A stretch of 64,000 nt of DNA from a virus. The DNA lies in the IMG/VR virus record IMGVR_UViG_3300025133_000055, positions 1-64,000 of that record; one strand, given 5' to 3'. Of the stretch, positions 39,450 through 47,592 are shown one piece after another; positions within the stretch are counted from its first letter, which is position 1; each line of letters begins with the position of its first letter. Position numbers and translations under genes: made by a program. The notes under the pieces were generated by a model that searched no databases, was not told the origin of the DNA, and saw only the letters and a list, made by a program, of their open reading frames with translations.

Positions 39450-40407
39450 AAATGTTTTGTTAATAGTTTTCTCGGTTCTTTTGATGAGTTGTGATAATGG
39501 AATCGATTATGTCGTCCACGGTGGAGAAGGAGAGGTAGAGACAGAAACAATTATCAAATACATTGTCACGGAACCAGAGGCAGATATTTGGATTGATTCA
39601 TTCATACAGATTGAGGCATATGAGGCGATAGATATTGTATGGGTCATCGATGGTTCCTGCTCGATGATGTCACACCAGACTCGATTACTCGCCGGAATCG
39701 AACACATGATGAACAATCTCCCCCCCGATGTAAATTGGAGGCTCAAAATGATAACCGCCGGTGACGGTTCCTATGTTACACAGCCTACAACTTTTCCACT
39801 GACAAGGGGTGATGACATCGCAGATGCCATGAATATGTATAATCAGTTGCCCAATGACGGACAAGAGAAGGGTTTCGATGCTATAAAGAATTATGTAACA
39901 CTTGATGTATATGCTAAAACTTGGATGCGCAGCGATGCCGCACTATTAGTGGTCTTCGTCACTGATGAGAGAGAGCAAAGCCCTATGACAACAACAGACT
40001 TTATTAACTGGTATGCTTGGCTCAGGCCATCTGTTTATTTGTCATTTATCGGAAATGTGGACACGGAAGATTCGATTTGTCCTTACAAAACAAATTATTC
40101 CACCATTGGAAGAAAATATATGGATGCGGTAAGTCACTTTTCAGGTACTATAATTGATATCTGTGAGACTGATTGGTCAGCCGGTGTCGATGATGCAACT
40201 CAAAACATTGAGCCGATTGTGGAGTGGGAACTGACCCATGTGCCCTATGTTGATACACTGGTGGTCTTTGAAGATAATGCCCCGATGGACAGTAGCAAGT
40301 GGACATACAGTGCGGTGGACAATATGATTGAGTTTTCGACAACTCCACCAGAAAATTCTTTGATAGAAATTGGGTATGCTATCAAATTTTATAAATTAAA
40401 CCCTTAA
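39436..40407 (+). CDS. VWA-domain lipoprotein
   Basis: LLMSC lipobox; MIDAS DGSCS; VFVTDE. Confidence 0.8.
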   Translation: MTVFRNVLLIVFSVLLMSCDNGIDYVVHGGEGEVETETIIKYIVTEPEADIWIDSFIQIEAYEAIDIVWVIDGSCSMMSHQTRLLAGIEHMMNNLPPDVNWRLKMITAGDGSYVTQPTTFPLTRGDDIADAMNMYNQLPNDGQEKGFDAIKNYVTLDVYAKTWMRSDAALLVVFVTDEREQSPMTTTDFINWYAWLRPSVYLSFIGNVDTEDSICPYKTNYSTIGRKYMDAVSHFSGTIIDICETDWSAGVDDATQNIEPIVEWELTHVPYVDTLVVFEDNAPMDSSKWTYSAVDNMIEFSTTPPENSLIEIGYAIKFYKLNP

Positions 40408-40409
40408 CA

Positions 40410-40420
40410 GACTAATTATA
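40410..40420 (+). promoter_or_regulatory. putative phage late promoter motif
   Basis: GACTAATTATA. Confidence 0.55.
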
Positions 40421-40437
40421 GTTGAGGTACAAAACAA

Positions 40438-40725
40438 ATGTTATTCAAGATGATAGATGCTATTTTGCGGTTGGTGGGGTATACACGCACGAGCGAGGTT
40501 AATCTTTTAAAGTTTCAGAAGAGGATCCTGGAAGAGCAGGTTGCTTTATTAAACGAAGAGATCAAAGCCGTTAATGACGAGAATGGATCTCTTTGGGACA
40601 TGATAGATGAACTACAAGGATCCAGCAAGGTGGGCAAAGATACCGCCACCCAACTTCTAGAATCTCTCAAGGATGCTCTTGCCGATGAAATGTTAAAAGA
40701 TTTCAAAGCCGTTGGCGAAGCATAG
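40438..40725 (+). CDS. coiled-coil hypothetical protein
   Basis: 95-aa ORF with SD. Confidence 0.55.
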   Translation: MLFKMIDAILRLVGYTRTSEVNLLKFQKRILEEQVALLNEEIKAVNDENGSLWDMIDELQGSSKVGKDTATQLLESLKDALADEMLKDFKAVGEA

Positions 40726-40737
40726 GAGCACAAACTA

Positions 40738-41070
40738 ATGAGTGATTCTATTGAGGGAGAAATAGAGGCTTCCGGCGCCGAGGACTTGAAGCCCAAACCT
40801 CCTGCCAAGCTGGCGCCACGCGGAATAAGAACTTTCACGGTTTGTCGGCAGCACGATGAAACGGGAGTATCTGGTGAGGGAGTGGTCATCGAAGGTGTCG
40901 TTCTGGGAACTGGTCAGTGTATCGTTCATTGGCTTTATCCCACACCCCGAGGTGGTATAGCGATTTTTGATTCAATGAGCGACTTCATTAAAGTACACAT
41001 TGGACCGCATCCGAGCAATAAAACAATAATAACTTATCAAGACGGGGAGCAAGATCTTTATGGAAACTAG
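40738..41070 (+). CDS. conserved phage hypothetical protein
   Basis: DETGVSGEGVVIEGV...W motif. Confidence 0.6.
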   Translation: MSDSIEGEIEASGAEDLKPKPPAKLAPRGIRTFTVCRQHDETGVSGEGVVIEGVVLGTGQCIVHWLYPTPRGGIAIFDSMSDFIKVHIGPHPSNKTIITYQDGEQDLYGN

Positions 41071-41075
41071 TTATA
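41065..41075 (+). promoter_or_regulatory. putative phage late promoter motif
   Basis: AACTAGTTATA. Confidence 0.5.
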
Positions 41076-41088
41076 ATGAGGGGCGATT

Positions 41089-42009
41089 ATGTATTTAGAA
41101 GAGTGGGAAGAATTTAAAAGTATTTTAAAGGAGGTTGAACCTTATCAGGAAAAGGTCCGCAATATAATAAATCCGGCCTTCAAAGAGGACACAATGTTGA
41201 ATGGCGGAATTTCAAACACAGCGCCGTATACTAACAAAATTTCTGCTAAAAGTGGCAAATCAGGTCTTGGACCGATGGAGGAGGAAGTTAATCTTATTCC
41301 TGAAATTAGAGAAGATCTAAATCGTGATATTTGGAATGATGATAATAGATTAAAGCCCGAGATTGCTGACAAATTAGTAAGAATTGCCGAAGACTTTTAT
41401 AAAAAACTAGAATTACCGGCACCCATTTTAAACATAACCTTAACTGGTTCTATGGCAAATTATAATTGGACTGACAAATCAGACCTAGATGTTCATATTG
41501 TTATTGACTACTCGGCGGTGGATGAAGACATCGAGCTTGTCAGAAAGTATTTGATGGAAGCAAAAATCAATTGGAATAGGAGTCATGAAATAATGATTAA
41601 GGGCCACGAGGTGGAAATATATGTTCAAAACATAGGCGAACCTCATCACTCAACGGGTGTTTATTCTATTTTAGACGAGGAGTGGGTAATTGAACCATTG
41701 CCAGTTGATTTTGAGGTTAGTGAAGATGCAGTTAGGCAAAAGACCGATGGCCTTAGAGAAACAATCAAGATGATCGAGAAACTTCAAAAAGAAGGAAAGC
41801 ATGAAGAGGCATATGGAGATTCTGATAGATTAAAAGAGAAACTGAGAAAATTCAGGCAGGGTGGTCTTGAGAGCGGGGGCGAATTTTCAGTTGAAAATTT
41901 AGTTTTTAAGGCGCTGAGAAATGGAGGCGAGCTTGAAACTTTATCGAATTTAAAGCGCGAATCCTATGATGCCATTATGTCTATAAGAGAGGCCAAAGGG
42001 AAAAAATAA
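41089..42009 (+). CDS. Pol-beta-superfamily nucleotidyltransferase
   Basis: GSMANYNW...SDLDVH (GS + DxD), VEIYVQ. Confidence 0.8.
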   Translation: MYLEEWEEFKSILKEVEPYQEKVRNIINPAFKEDTMLNGGISNTAPYTNKISAKSGKSGLGPMEEEVNLIPEIREDLNRDIWNDDNRLKPEIADKLVRIAEDFYKKLELPAPILNITLTGSMANYNWTDKSDLDVHIVIDYSAVDEDIELVRKYLMEAKINWNRSHEIMIKGHEVEIYVQNIGEPHHSTGVYSILDEEWVIEPLPVDFEVSEDAVRQKTDGLRETIKMIEKLQKEGKHEEAYGDSDRLKEKLRKFRQGGLESGGEFSVENLVFKALRNGGELETLSNLKRESYDAIMSIREAKGKK

Positions 42010-42012
42010 TGA

Positions 42013-42318
42013 ATGTCGGATCCATCTTTCAAATGCGGAGATATTGTAAGATGGAAGCCGATCTTAGATGATGTTGAATACTATTATGGATTGGTTTTAG
42101 AGAGCGAGACAACTGATGAATATGGGTATATGGAATATCCCTTTTTCTCCTATGATGATATATTCGATATGGGTTACACAACTTTCTGCACCAGGAGAAT
42201 AGTTGTCTTTTCATTTCACGAACAAAAAGTAACCACCATATATCAAAGCACATTTGACGTCCCCTCCTTCCCCGAGATGGTTCACGTTTACAAGATTCCT
42301 GAAAGTGAAGATCAGTAA
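42013..42318 (+). CDS. beta-barrel-like paralogue
   Basis: FKCGDIVRW. Confidence 0.55.
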   Translation: MSDPSFKCGDIVRWKPILDDVEYYYGLVLESETTDEYGYMEYPFFSYDDIFDMGYTTFCTRRIVVFSFHEQKVTTIYQSTFDVPSFPEMVHVYKIPESEDQ

Positions 42319-42338
42319 TAAATCATACAGAAAATGAC

Positions 42339-42367
42339 TTGACAAGGTGCCTCGCATGGTGTATAAT
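42339..42367 (+). promoter_or_regulatory. sigma70 consensus promoter opening the early region
   Basis: TTGACA-N17-TATAAT. Confidence 0.75.
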
Positions 42368-42391
42368 AATATTATAAACTTGGAGCTTTCA

Positions 42392-42763
42392 ATGTCACAA
42401 ATTAACCTTCAACCCTCAGAACTCGAAATAAAACACGAGTTCGGTATCCTTATGCAGAGGTTGCAGGAAAAAATTAATATATCCCACAGTAAAAATAGGA
42501 ATTATGGCCTTTCTCCCGAATTGACCTTTAAAAAAGGCCGAGTATATTGGAAATTGATAAAGGAGCAGCGCTATGAGAATCAAGCTCAGAACAGTAAAAC
42601 TGTATATGCTTTTATCCGTCGAAAAGATGGCGCAATTTTACGAGCCGCAACGTGGAAACAACCTGAAACTCGTACTAAAAACCCAATTAAGGGATATATA
42701 ACTGATGAATGGTCCGCCGATTATTTTACGGCATACGGAGTCGCCTATGAACCTCAAGATTGA
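42392..42763 (+). CDS. conserved phage hypothetical protein
   Basis: KGRVYWKL...VYAFI...GAILRAATWKQP; start reassigned. Confidence 0.65.
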   Translation: MSQINLQPSELEIKHEFGILMQRLQEKINISHSKNRNYGLSPELTFKKGRVYWKLIKEQRYENQAQNSKTVYAFIRRKDGAILRAATWKQPETRTKNPIKGYITDEWSADYFTAYGVAYEPQD

Positions 42764-42896
42764 AACACAACGATTGATAGTGCAGCTTCTAAATGAAGAA
42801 TTGCGACGGGCAAATCGTCTTGCCACGAGGCTTTATCATAAAGAGATCGAGGACGCCAAAGCTAACTTTATTAAATTCACTAACTTTCCAAAATAA
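42747..42896 (+). CDS. small hypothetical protein
   Basis: GGAG + ATG MNLKIETQRL. Confidence 0.45.
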   Translation: MNLKIETQRLIVQLLNEELRRANRLATRLYHKEIEDAKANFIKFTNFPK

Positions 42897-42901
42897 TCCT
42901 C

Positions 42902-43153
42902 TTGAGGTATTCGAATATGATGAAGCCAGGACAGATCATTCAGCACTGCTGTAAATTTCTCGATAAGGAAGAAGAAGAAATGGACCGCCATTTAATTTTA
43001 TCGGTGGATGAAGAATGGCTGGAAACTTATGTTTTGTTTACTAACTGGCCGGAAGGCCCACATCGTGTGGGTGAACTTCAGCAAATACTCGTTTCAACTA
43101 TCGAGTCCGAAGAAGAGACAACGAACAATTTTTATTGGAAAATAGTCTCTTGA
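42902..43153 (+). CDS. beta-barrel-like paralogue
   Basis: MKPGQIIQ...YWKIV. Confidence 0.6.
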   Translation: MRYSNMMKPGQIIQHCCKFLDKEEEEMDRHLILSVDEEWLETYVLFTNWPEGPHRVGELQQILVSTIESEEETTNNFYWKIVS

Positions 43154-43204
43154 CATTCTCTTGACAACTTAGTTGTTGACATGAGGCTCTTTATCCTGTA
43201 TAAT
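43150..43204 (+). promoter_or_regulatory. triple-TTGACA early promoter 1
   Basis: TTGACA-N5-TTGACA-N9-TTGACA-N17-TATAAT. Confidence 0.85.
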
Positions 43205-43231
43205 ATGGGTATAGAAAACGGAGAAACCAAA

Positions 43232-43471
43232 TTGTTTAGAAACTGGATAATTCAGAGCGGCGATAATGTAATCATTGATGAGTGGTGTTCATGCTGCACC
43301 CCGGAAGAAGAAGAGTGCAGCCCTCGTTTCTTCGTTATCGACGACCCGAATAACGCCGTGCATTCGCCCGGCGACCTCTATATTCGCTGCACGTGTTATG
43401 CTTCGGGCGATTCAGATTATGCAGTTGGTGAAACTTATCTAAAAAGAACCGTGGATCTAAAGGTATTATAG
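43232..43471 (+). CDS. Cys-rich hypothetical protein
   Basis: TTG start after GGAG, downstream of the promoter. Confidence 0.5.
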   Translation: MFRNWIIQSGDNVIIDEWCSCCTPEEEECSPRFFVIDDPNNAVHSPGDLYIRCTCYASGDSDYAVGETYLKRTVDLKVL

Positions 43472-43749
43472 TGCAGTTTAAGCCTGGACAAATGTTAAAA
43501 ATTGTCGGTGCCGAAGGATCGGGTGAGTGGGGTGTGTTCATAGTGTTGGAAAATATGCCTGATAATGGAATTAAACTTTGGACCGTTTCTGCGCCCAAAG
43601 CATGGTCAAACACCCTTTCAAGACAGACATTTATTTTCGAACCCCAACTATGGCTCGATCGACATGGCGGTGAATACATTGAAATATTAAGTGAAGAGAC
43701 GGCATCACTCAATGAAGCCCCCAAGGGAAAACAACGAAATGAAGTTTAA
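43471..43749 (+). CDS. beta-barrel-like paralogue
   Basis: FKPGQMLK. Confidence 0.6.
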   Translation: MQFKPGQMLKIVGAEGSGEWGVFIVLENMPDNGIKLWTVSAPKAWSNTLSRQTFIFEPQLWLDRHGGEYIEILSEETASLNEAPKGKQRNEV

Positions 43750-43915
43750 AGTAGGAGATTTAGTAAAGCATAAAGTTGCCGGTTGGATCGGTCATATTTT
43801 GGATATGACCGAGAGGGATATTACCATCCGAGTTATGTACGAACCAAGGGGAACAATCTGGCCAGTGATTTTATTGTTCCCTTCACAACTGGAATTGCTG
43901 GAAAAAGTATTATGA
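43739..43915 (+). CDS. beta-barrel-like paralogue
   Basis: MKFKVGDLVKH. Confidence 0.6.
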   Translation: MKFKVGDLVKHKVAGWIGHILDMTERDITIRVMYEPRGTIWPVILLFPSQLELLEKVL

Positions 43916-43939
43916 AAAGACATTACAAACCAATCAAAC

Positions 43940-44203
43940 ATGAAGGAAAACATGATCAAAACTTGTAAACATTGTGGAATTGAATTTAACTTATACTCAC
44001 GTCAGAAAAAACTGGTCGGAGGTTATATAAATGAGTGTCCAGACTGCGTTGAGGAATTGGGTGGTGACCAGTCAGAGCCTAGACATTTCGGTGTCACTGG
44101 TTCCTGTGGCTCTGTGAATATCCGACGATTCGATAGTGAGGAAGATAGAAAACAATTTCAAAAAGATTATGAATCTACCAAAACAATTAAGGATTTCTTA
44201 TAA
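43940..44203 (+). CDS. zinc-ribbon protein
   Basis: CKHC...CPDC. Confidence 0.6.
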   Translation: MKENMIKTCKHCGIEFNLYSRQKKLVGGYINECPDCVEELGGDQSEPRHFGVTGSCGSVNIRRFDSEEDRKQFQKDYESTKTIKDFL

Positions 44204-44439
44204 TGTCGATGCTCGAAGAACTTCAGGGCTACCCTCTCCCAGATCCCTCTTTCCAATGGAGGGACGAGGCAGAAATTTATACTTTGGAGCAGTCTGATTC
44301 GTCTTGGGTTTTGTACTGCGACGGCATGTCAGTTCGCGATAACTTTGGATATCCCATCATTTTCGAGACTAGCTGGGATGCAAAAAAGTATGCGAAGGAG
44401 ATTTTAGGGCACGAAGATGTGGTCTTGACATTCTCTTGA
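44203..44439 (+). CDS. hypothetical protein
   Basis: TAATG coupling. Confidence 0.5.
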   Translation: MSMLEELQGYPLPDPSFQWRDEAEIYTLEQSDSSWVLYCDGMSVRDNFGYPIIFETSWDAKKYAKEILGHEDVVLTFS

Positions 44440-44479
44440 CAACTTTTCTCTTGACCTGACCTAAAATATCGTGTATAAT
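44425..44479 (+). promoter_or_regulatory. triple-TTGACA early promoter 2
   Basis: TTGACA-N5-TTGACA-N9-TTGACC-N17-TATAAT. Confidence 0.85.
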
Positions 44480-44512
44480 ATAGATACATTTCAACCAAAG
44501 GAGCATTTTCAA

Positions 44513-44683
44513 ATGCCTTATCGTGACGAACCATCCCTTAAAGACCTTTACACTATTTCTTCTGAGGAATACTACGAAGAAAACTATGATTTTGGCGGGT
44601 CATATGATCCAATGCCTCTCGATATGGAGGAAGAATGCCCACAATGGATGCAGGAGCAAATTGATGAAGAAATCCCCTTTTAA
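44513..44683 (+). CDS. small acidic protein ending DEEIPF
   Basis: AGGAG + ATG; MPYRDEPS...QIDEEIPF. Confidence 0.6.
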   Translation: MPYRDEPSLKDLYTISSEEYYEENYDFGGSYDPMPLDMEEECPQWMQEQIDEEIPF

Positions 44684-44921
44684 AAATGGAGATACTGTTA
44701 CTCTGACCTTTCGTAGAAAGGACAGAAAGGCATCGTCACGCACTCGCAATAGAATAAGGGAACACGGGCCGGAATTCGTGGTGAGACAATCACCACGGGC
44801 CTTTAGGGGTGCGGGAGAGCTTGAAAATCGCCTGTGTGTTATGTTAGAGCCGGTCCCAAATCCAAACGAGTGGGCCGGTTGGTTGCCACTGGATGAAATA
44901 GAGATTATAAATGTCGTTTAA
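44664..44921 (+). CDS. beta-barrel-like paralogue
   Basis: FKNGDTV...WAGWLPLDEI; start reassigned. Confidence 0.55.
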   Translation: MKKSPFKNGDTVTLTFRRKDRKASSRTRNRIREHGPEFVVRQSPRAFRGAGELENRLCVMLEPVPNPNEWAGWLPLDEIEIINVV

Positions 44922-45129
44922 ATTTAAAACAGGACAAATCATTGACATGGAAAAACGCTCGCTGCTCGGCCGCCGCGTGTATCGGTATATCATTCTAGGC
45001 CCAGGCGAGAACCGGGGTTTCTCCTTGGTTTATTGCATGCACTCACCGCGAGATCATGATGTAGGGCAAACCTTCTCTATGAATAATTTTGTTCTAAACG
45101 CCGCAGGAGTCGCTGTTGATGGAATTTGA
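44911..45129 (+). CDS. beta-barrel-like paralogue
   Basis: FKTGQII. Confidence 0.6.
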   Translation: MSFKFKTGQIIDMEKRSLLGRRVYRYIILGPGENRGFSLVYCMHSPRDHDVGQTFSMNNFVLNAAGVAVDGI

Positions 45130-45349
45130 AGTTGGCCAAGCTGTTGAGGAATTTTATTCCGATAGTCATAAGTGGGTTTCCACCTACCTTATCCTTCAAG
45201 TGGATTATGTGGGAAGGGTAGTCGAGGCGCTGTGCCTGGGAGAATCGGAAGATCACGGCTACACTGGCGGACATATTGTGAAATTCCCCTTTACTGTTTT
45301 CACGGATCCGCCCGAGAGTTATTGGAAAGTAAATGAAAAATCAGTTTAA
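45116..45349 (+). CDS. beta-barrel-like paralogue
   Basis: FEVGQAV...YWKV. Confidence 0.6.
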   Translation: MMEFEVGQAVEEFYSDSHKWVSTYLILQVDYVGRVVEALCLGESEDHGYTGGHIVKFPFTVFTDPPESYWKVNEKSV

Positions 45350-45596
45350 ACCTGGGCAAATCATTAACGAGTATTGTGTATGGAAAACTGACAGATTGTT
45401 TTCGTCTTATTTAATAATTGATGAAGGCGGTTATCAAAATATGCACTGGAAATGTTTGTGTATATATAACGACTGTGCCGATATCAGGGAAAAGCCAGGA
45501 GAAACGCGCTTTATCAAAAAAGAGTGGCTGGCAAATCAGTCCAGCGCGAAGCAGCGCAACTGGCCATCTTTCTGGAAAATTGAAAATGAAGTTTGA
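45333..45596 (+). CDS. beta-barrel-like paralogue
   Basis: MKNQFKPGQII...FWKI. Confidence 0.6.
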   Translation: MKNQFKPGQIINEYCVWKTDRLFSSYLIIDEGGYQNMHWKCLCIYNDCADIREKPGETRFIKKEWLANQSSAKQRNWPSFWKIENEV

Positions 45597-45792
45597 AACA
45601 GGACAAATCGTTGTGCAATCTATGAATGGCATCCAGGGAATTGTTTTGGAACACAAGACTACACCTCACAATTCGTATTACAATAAGGTAATTATCTACT
45701 GTACTTTCGCTCCTCACAATTCATCATTGGTTGGACAAGCCCTGGAGCTTAGCGCCTTTGGGCTAAAGGTTAAAGATGAAAAATCAGTTTAA
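45586..45792 (+). CDS. beta-barrel-like paralogue
   Basis: MKFETGQIV; start reassigned. Confidence 0.6.
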   Translation: MKFETGQIVVQSMNGIQGIVLEHKTTPHNSYYNKVIIYCTFAPHNSSLVGQALELSAFGLKVKDEKSV

Positions 45793-46060
45793 ACCTGGGG
45801 ATTTGATTGGGAACGCCCCAAATGGATACCATCCCGATGAGCCACTGCCTCCACAACTCATGGCGAGTGGCGATTTCCGAGGTATAATCTTGGATATCAA
45901 TAGTATCGGAGACGGCGGCTTTCGTCAGTGGTGCATAACGCTGCTTATCACGCTGAATCTAAATTACAATGAGTATTTTCAGAAAGAATACCCCGTTAAT
46001 ACAGTTAAAACCTTAACAATCAACGACCTTTCAAAATGGAGAAAGATAATAAATGTTTGA
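45776..46060 (+). CDS. beta-barrel-like paralogue
   Basis: MKNQFKPGDLI...WRKI. Confidence 0.6.
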   Translation: MKNQFKPGDLIGNAPNGYHPDEPLPPQLMASGDFRGIILDINSIGDGGFRQWCITLLITLNLNYNEYFQKEYPVNTVKTLTINDLSKWRKIINV

Positions 46061-46298
46061 AGCAATTTACATCAACCGAGATCAGGCTTTTGAATTCGAT
46101 AATGGGCAGGATCTCTATTTTGGTCCGGTTGGAACTTGGTTTTCAGTCCGCGCCGATGCTCTCCTGAGATCCCGTCCTGGCGGATACGACAAGACTCACA
46201 CTGAAATACTAAAATCATATGGTACAGAAAATATCCTGCTTGTACGCACACAATCCTGCGGTCCAGGCTGGTATCAAATTCACCCGAACGAAAGATAG
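46053..46298 (+). CDS. hypothetical protein
   Basis: Overlap-coupled ORF. Confidence 0.5.
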   Translation: MFEAIYINRDQAFEFDNGQDLYFGPVGTWFSVRADALLRSRPGGYDKTHTEILKSYGTENILLVRTQSCGPGWYQIHPNER

Positions 46299-46304
46299 AT
46301 TATA

Positions 46305-46315
46305 AACTATTTATA
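46305..46315 (+). promoter_or_regulatory. late-type motif directly upstream of an early promoter
   Basis: AACTATTTATA. Confidence 0.4.
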
Positions 46316-46321
46316 AAGTTG

Positions 46322-46376
46322 TTGACATTCTCTTGACAACTTTTTTATTGACTCCAACTGAAAAACCCTGTATAAT
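46322..46376 (+). promoter_or_regulatory. triple-TTGACA early promoter 3
   Basis: TTGACA-N5-TTGACA-N9-TTGACT-N17-TATAAT. Confidence 0.85.
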
Positions 46377-46405
46377 GTATATACATTCAACGGAGATCCT
46401 CTCAC

Positions 46406-46996
46406 ATGCCCGCACAACTTGAACGAATTGAAAAACTCCTCGAAAATCAGGACTTGTCAGCTTCTAACCGCTCTTTCGCGGAGTCGTTGAGGAATAGCCA
46501 CAAAAAGTGGAAATCTCTCACTTTTGCTCAGTGGTCTGCATTCGAGAGGATGGAAGCCCGCTATGACCCTGCCGTCATTAACGCTCGAAAAGAGTGGACC
46601 AATGCCTGGAATAACGAAAAGGCTAAGAACCTTCGCATTGCTGCTGAGTATTACCTTCAAAATCCGCCTTATTTCGGTGACATCGCCGCGAAGATTGTTT
46701 CGGACGAAACTTATGTTCCGTCTGCTAAGCTTTATCGCAAGATGGTCGAAAACAAGTACGTTCAAAAGGTGCTTACAACCCGTGCTTCCGAGCCTGCCTT
46801 TGAAGTCGGCTCGCTGGTAAAGGTTCGCAAAACCAGTAGAAATCACCGTCTGAGAGATCGGATCGCTATGGTTGTCGATAATAACGGAGTAGTCAAGACA
46901 TCAGCTAAGGGAGGAAAAACCTACACTATCCTTCCTTTCGGTGAAGCGAACACGATCCAGATCGAAGAACGTTGGCTCAAAAGACACCGAGGATAA
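46406..46996 (+). CDS. hypothetical protein with C-terminal beta-barrel
   Basis: Helical N-terminus, then FEVGSLVKV. Confidence 0.7.
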   Translation: MPAQLERIEKLLENQDLSASNRSFAESLRNSHKKWKSLTFAQWSAFERMEARYDPAVINARKEWTNAWNNEKAKNLRIAAEYYLQNPPYFGDIAAKIVSDETYVPSAKLYRKMVENKYVQKVLTTRASEPAFEVGSLVKVRKTSRNHRLRDRIAMVVDNNGVVKTSAKGGKTYTILPFGEANTIQIEERWLKRHRG

Positions 46997-46998
46997 AG

Positions 46999-47238
46999 AT
47001 GCTTGAACCTGTACAATTGAAGGCCGGGGATGTTATCTCTCAAGTCCACGGCGAAAAGGAAGTTTTAAGGGTAGCTTTAACGAAGGCCGACGAGGAGATT
47101 TTGGAGGGTTACATTTTGCTCAGCGATTACGAAACCTGGGGGCAGGAAAACATAGGGGAAACCTTCCGAATGACGACGGATTATTTTTCAGCATGGTCGA
47201 ATAATAAAACTGCCTTTGTTTATTGGAGGGTAGTGTGA
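46999..47238 (+). CDS. beta-barrel-like paralogue
   Basis: LKAGDVIS...YWRVV. Confidence 0.6.
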   Translation: MLEPVQLKAGDVISQVHGEKEVLRVALTKADEEILEGYILLSDYETWGQENIGETFRMTTDYFSAWSNNKTAFVYWRVV

Positions 47239-47260
47239 AAACACAGATTTAAACTTGAAT

Positions 47261-47476
47261 ATGGCCAAGTGGGGCCAATTAACAAAAAACCCAGCCCGTT
47301 GCTGTATAGGGCTGGCTCTCGATTCTAAGGGTTGAAGGTTGCTTATCGTGGATGCGGTACATAAAGGGCTTTCTATCTCCATTATCGAGGGGGCTACCAT
47401 GAGAGTGTCAACAACAGATTTATGCAGATAGGAAGTCGGCTATCCGAGAAAAACGACACCGGCCCCACTTGGTCAT
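47261..47476 (+). ncRNA. candidate structured non-coding RNA
   Basis: 16-bp closing stem enclosing three nested stems; no credible ORF. Confidence 0.55.
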
Positions 47477-47511
47477 CATCTATTTACCAGTTTGAAACTT
47501 TATAAAATCTC

Positions 47512-47566
47512 TTGACATTTTCTTTACAATTTAGTTATTGACTTGAACCGAAATATCCTGTATAAT
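47512..47566 (+). promoter_or_regulatory. triple-TTGACA early promoter 4
   Basis: TTGACA-N5-TTTACA-N9-TTGACT-N17-TATAAT. Confidence 0.8.
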
Positions 47567-47592
47567 ATAGGTACAAATTAGGAGTTCCCAGT

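Noticed and set aside
47261-47476. tmRNA, tRNA or cobalamin riboswitch
   Set aside because: No T-loop/CCA end, tag reading frame or B12-box consensus is visible.
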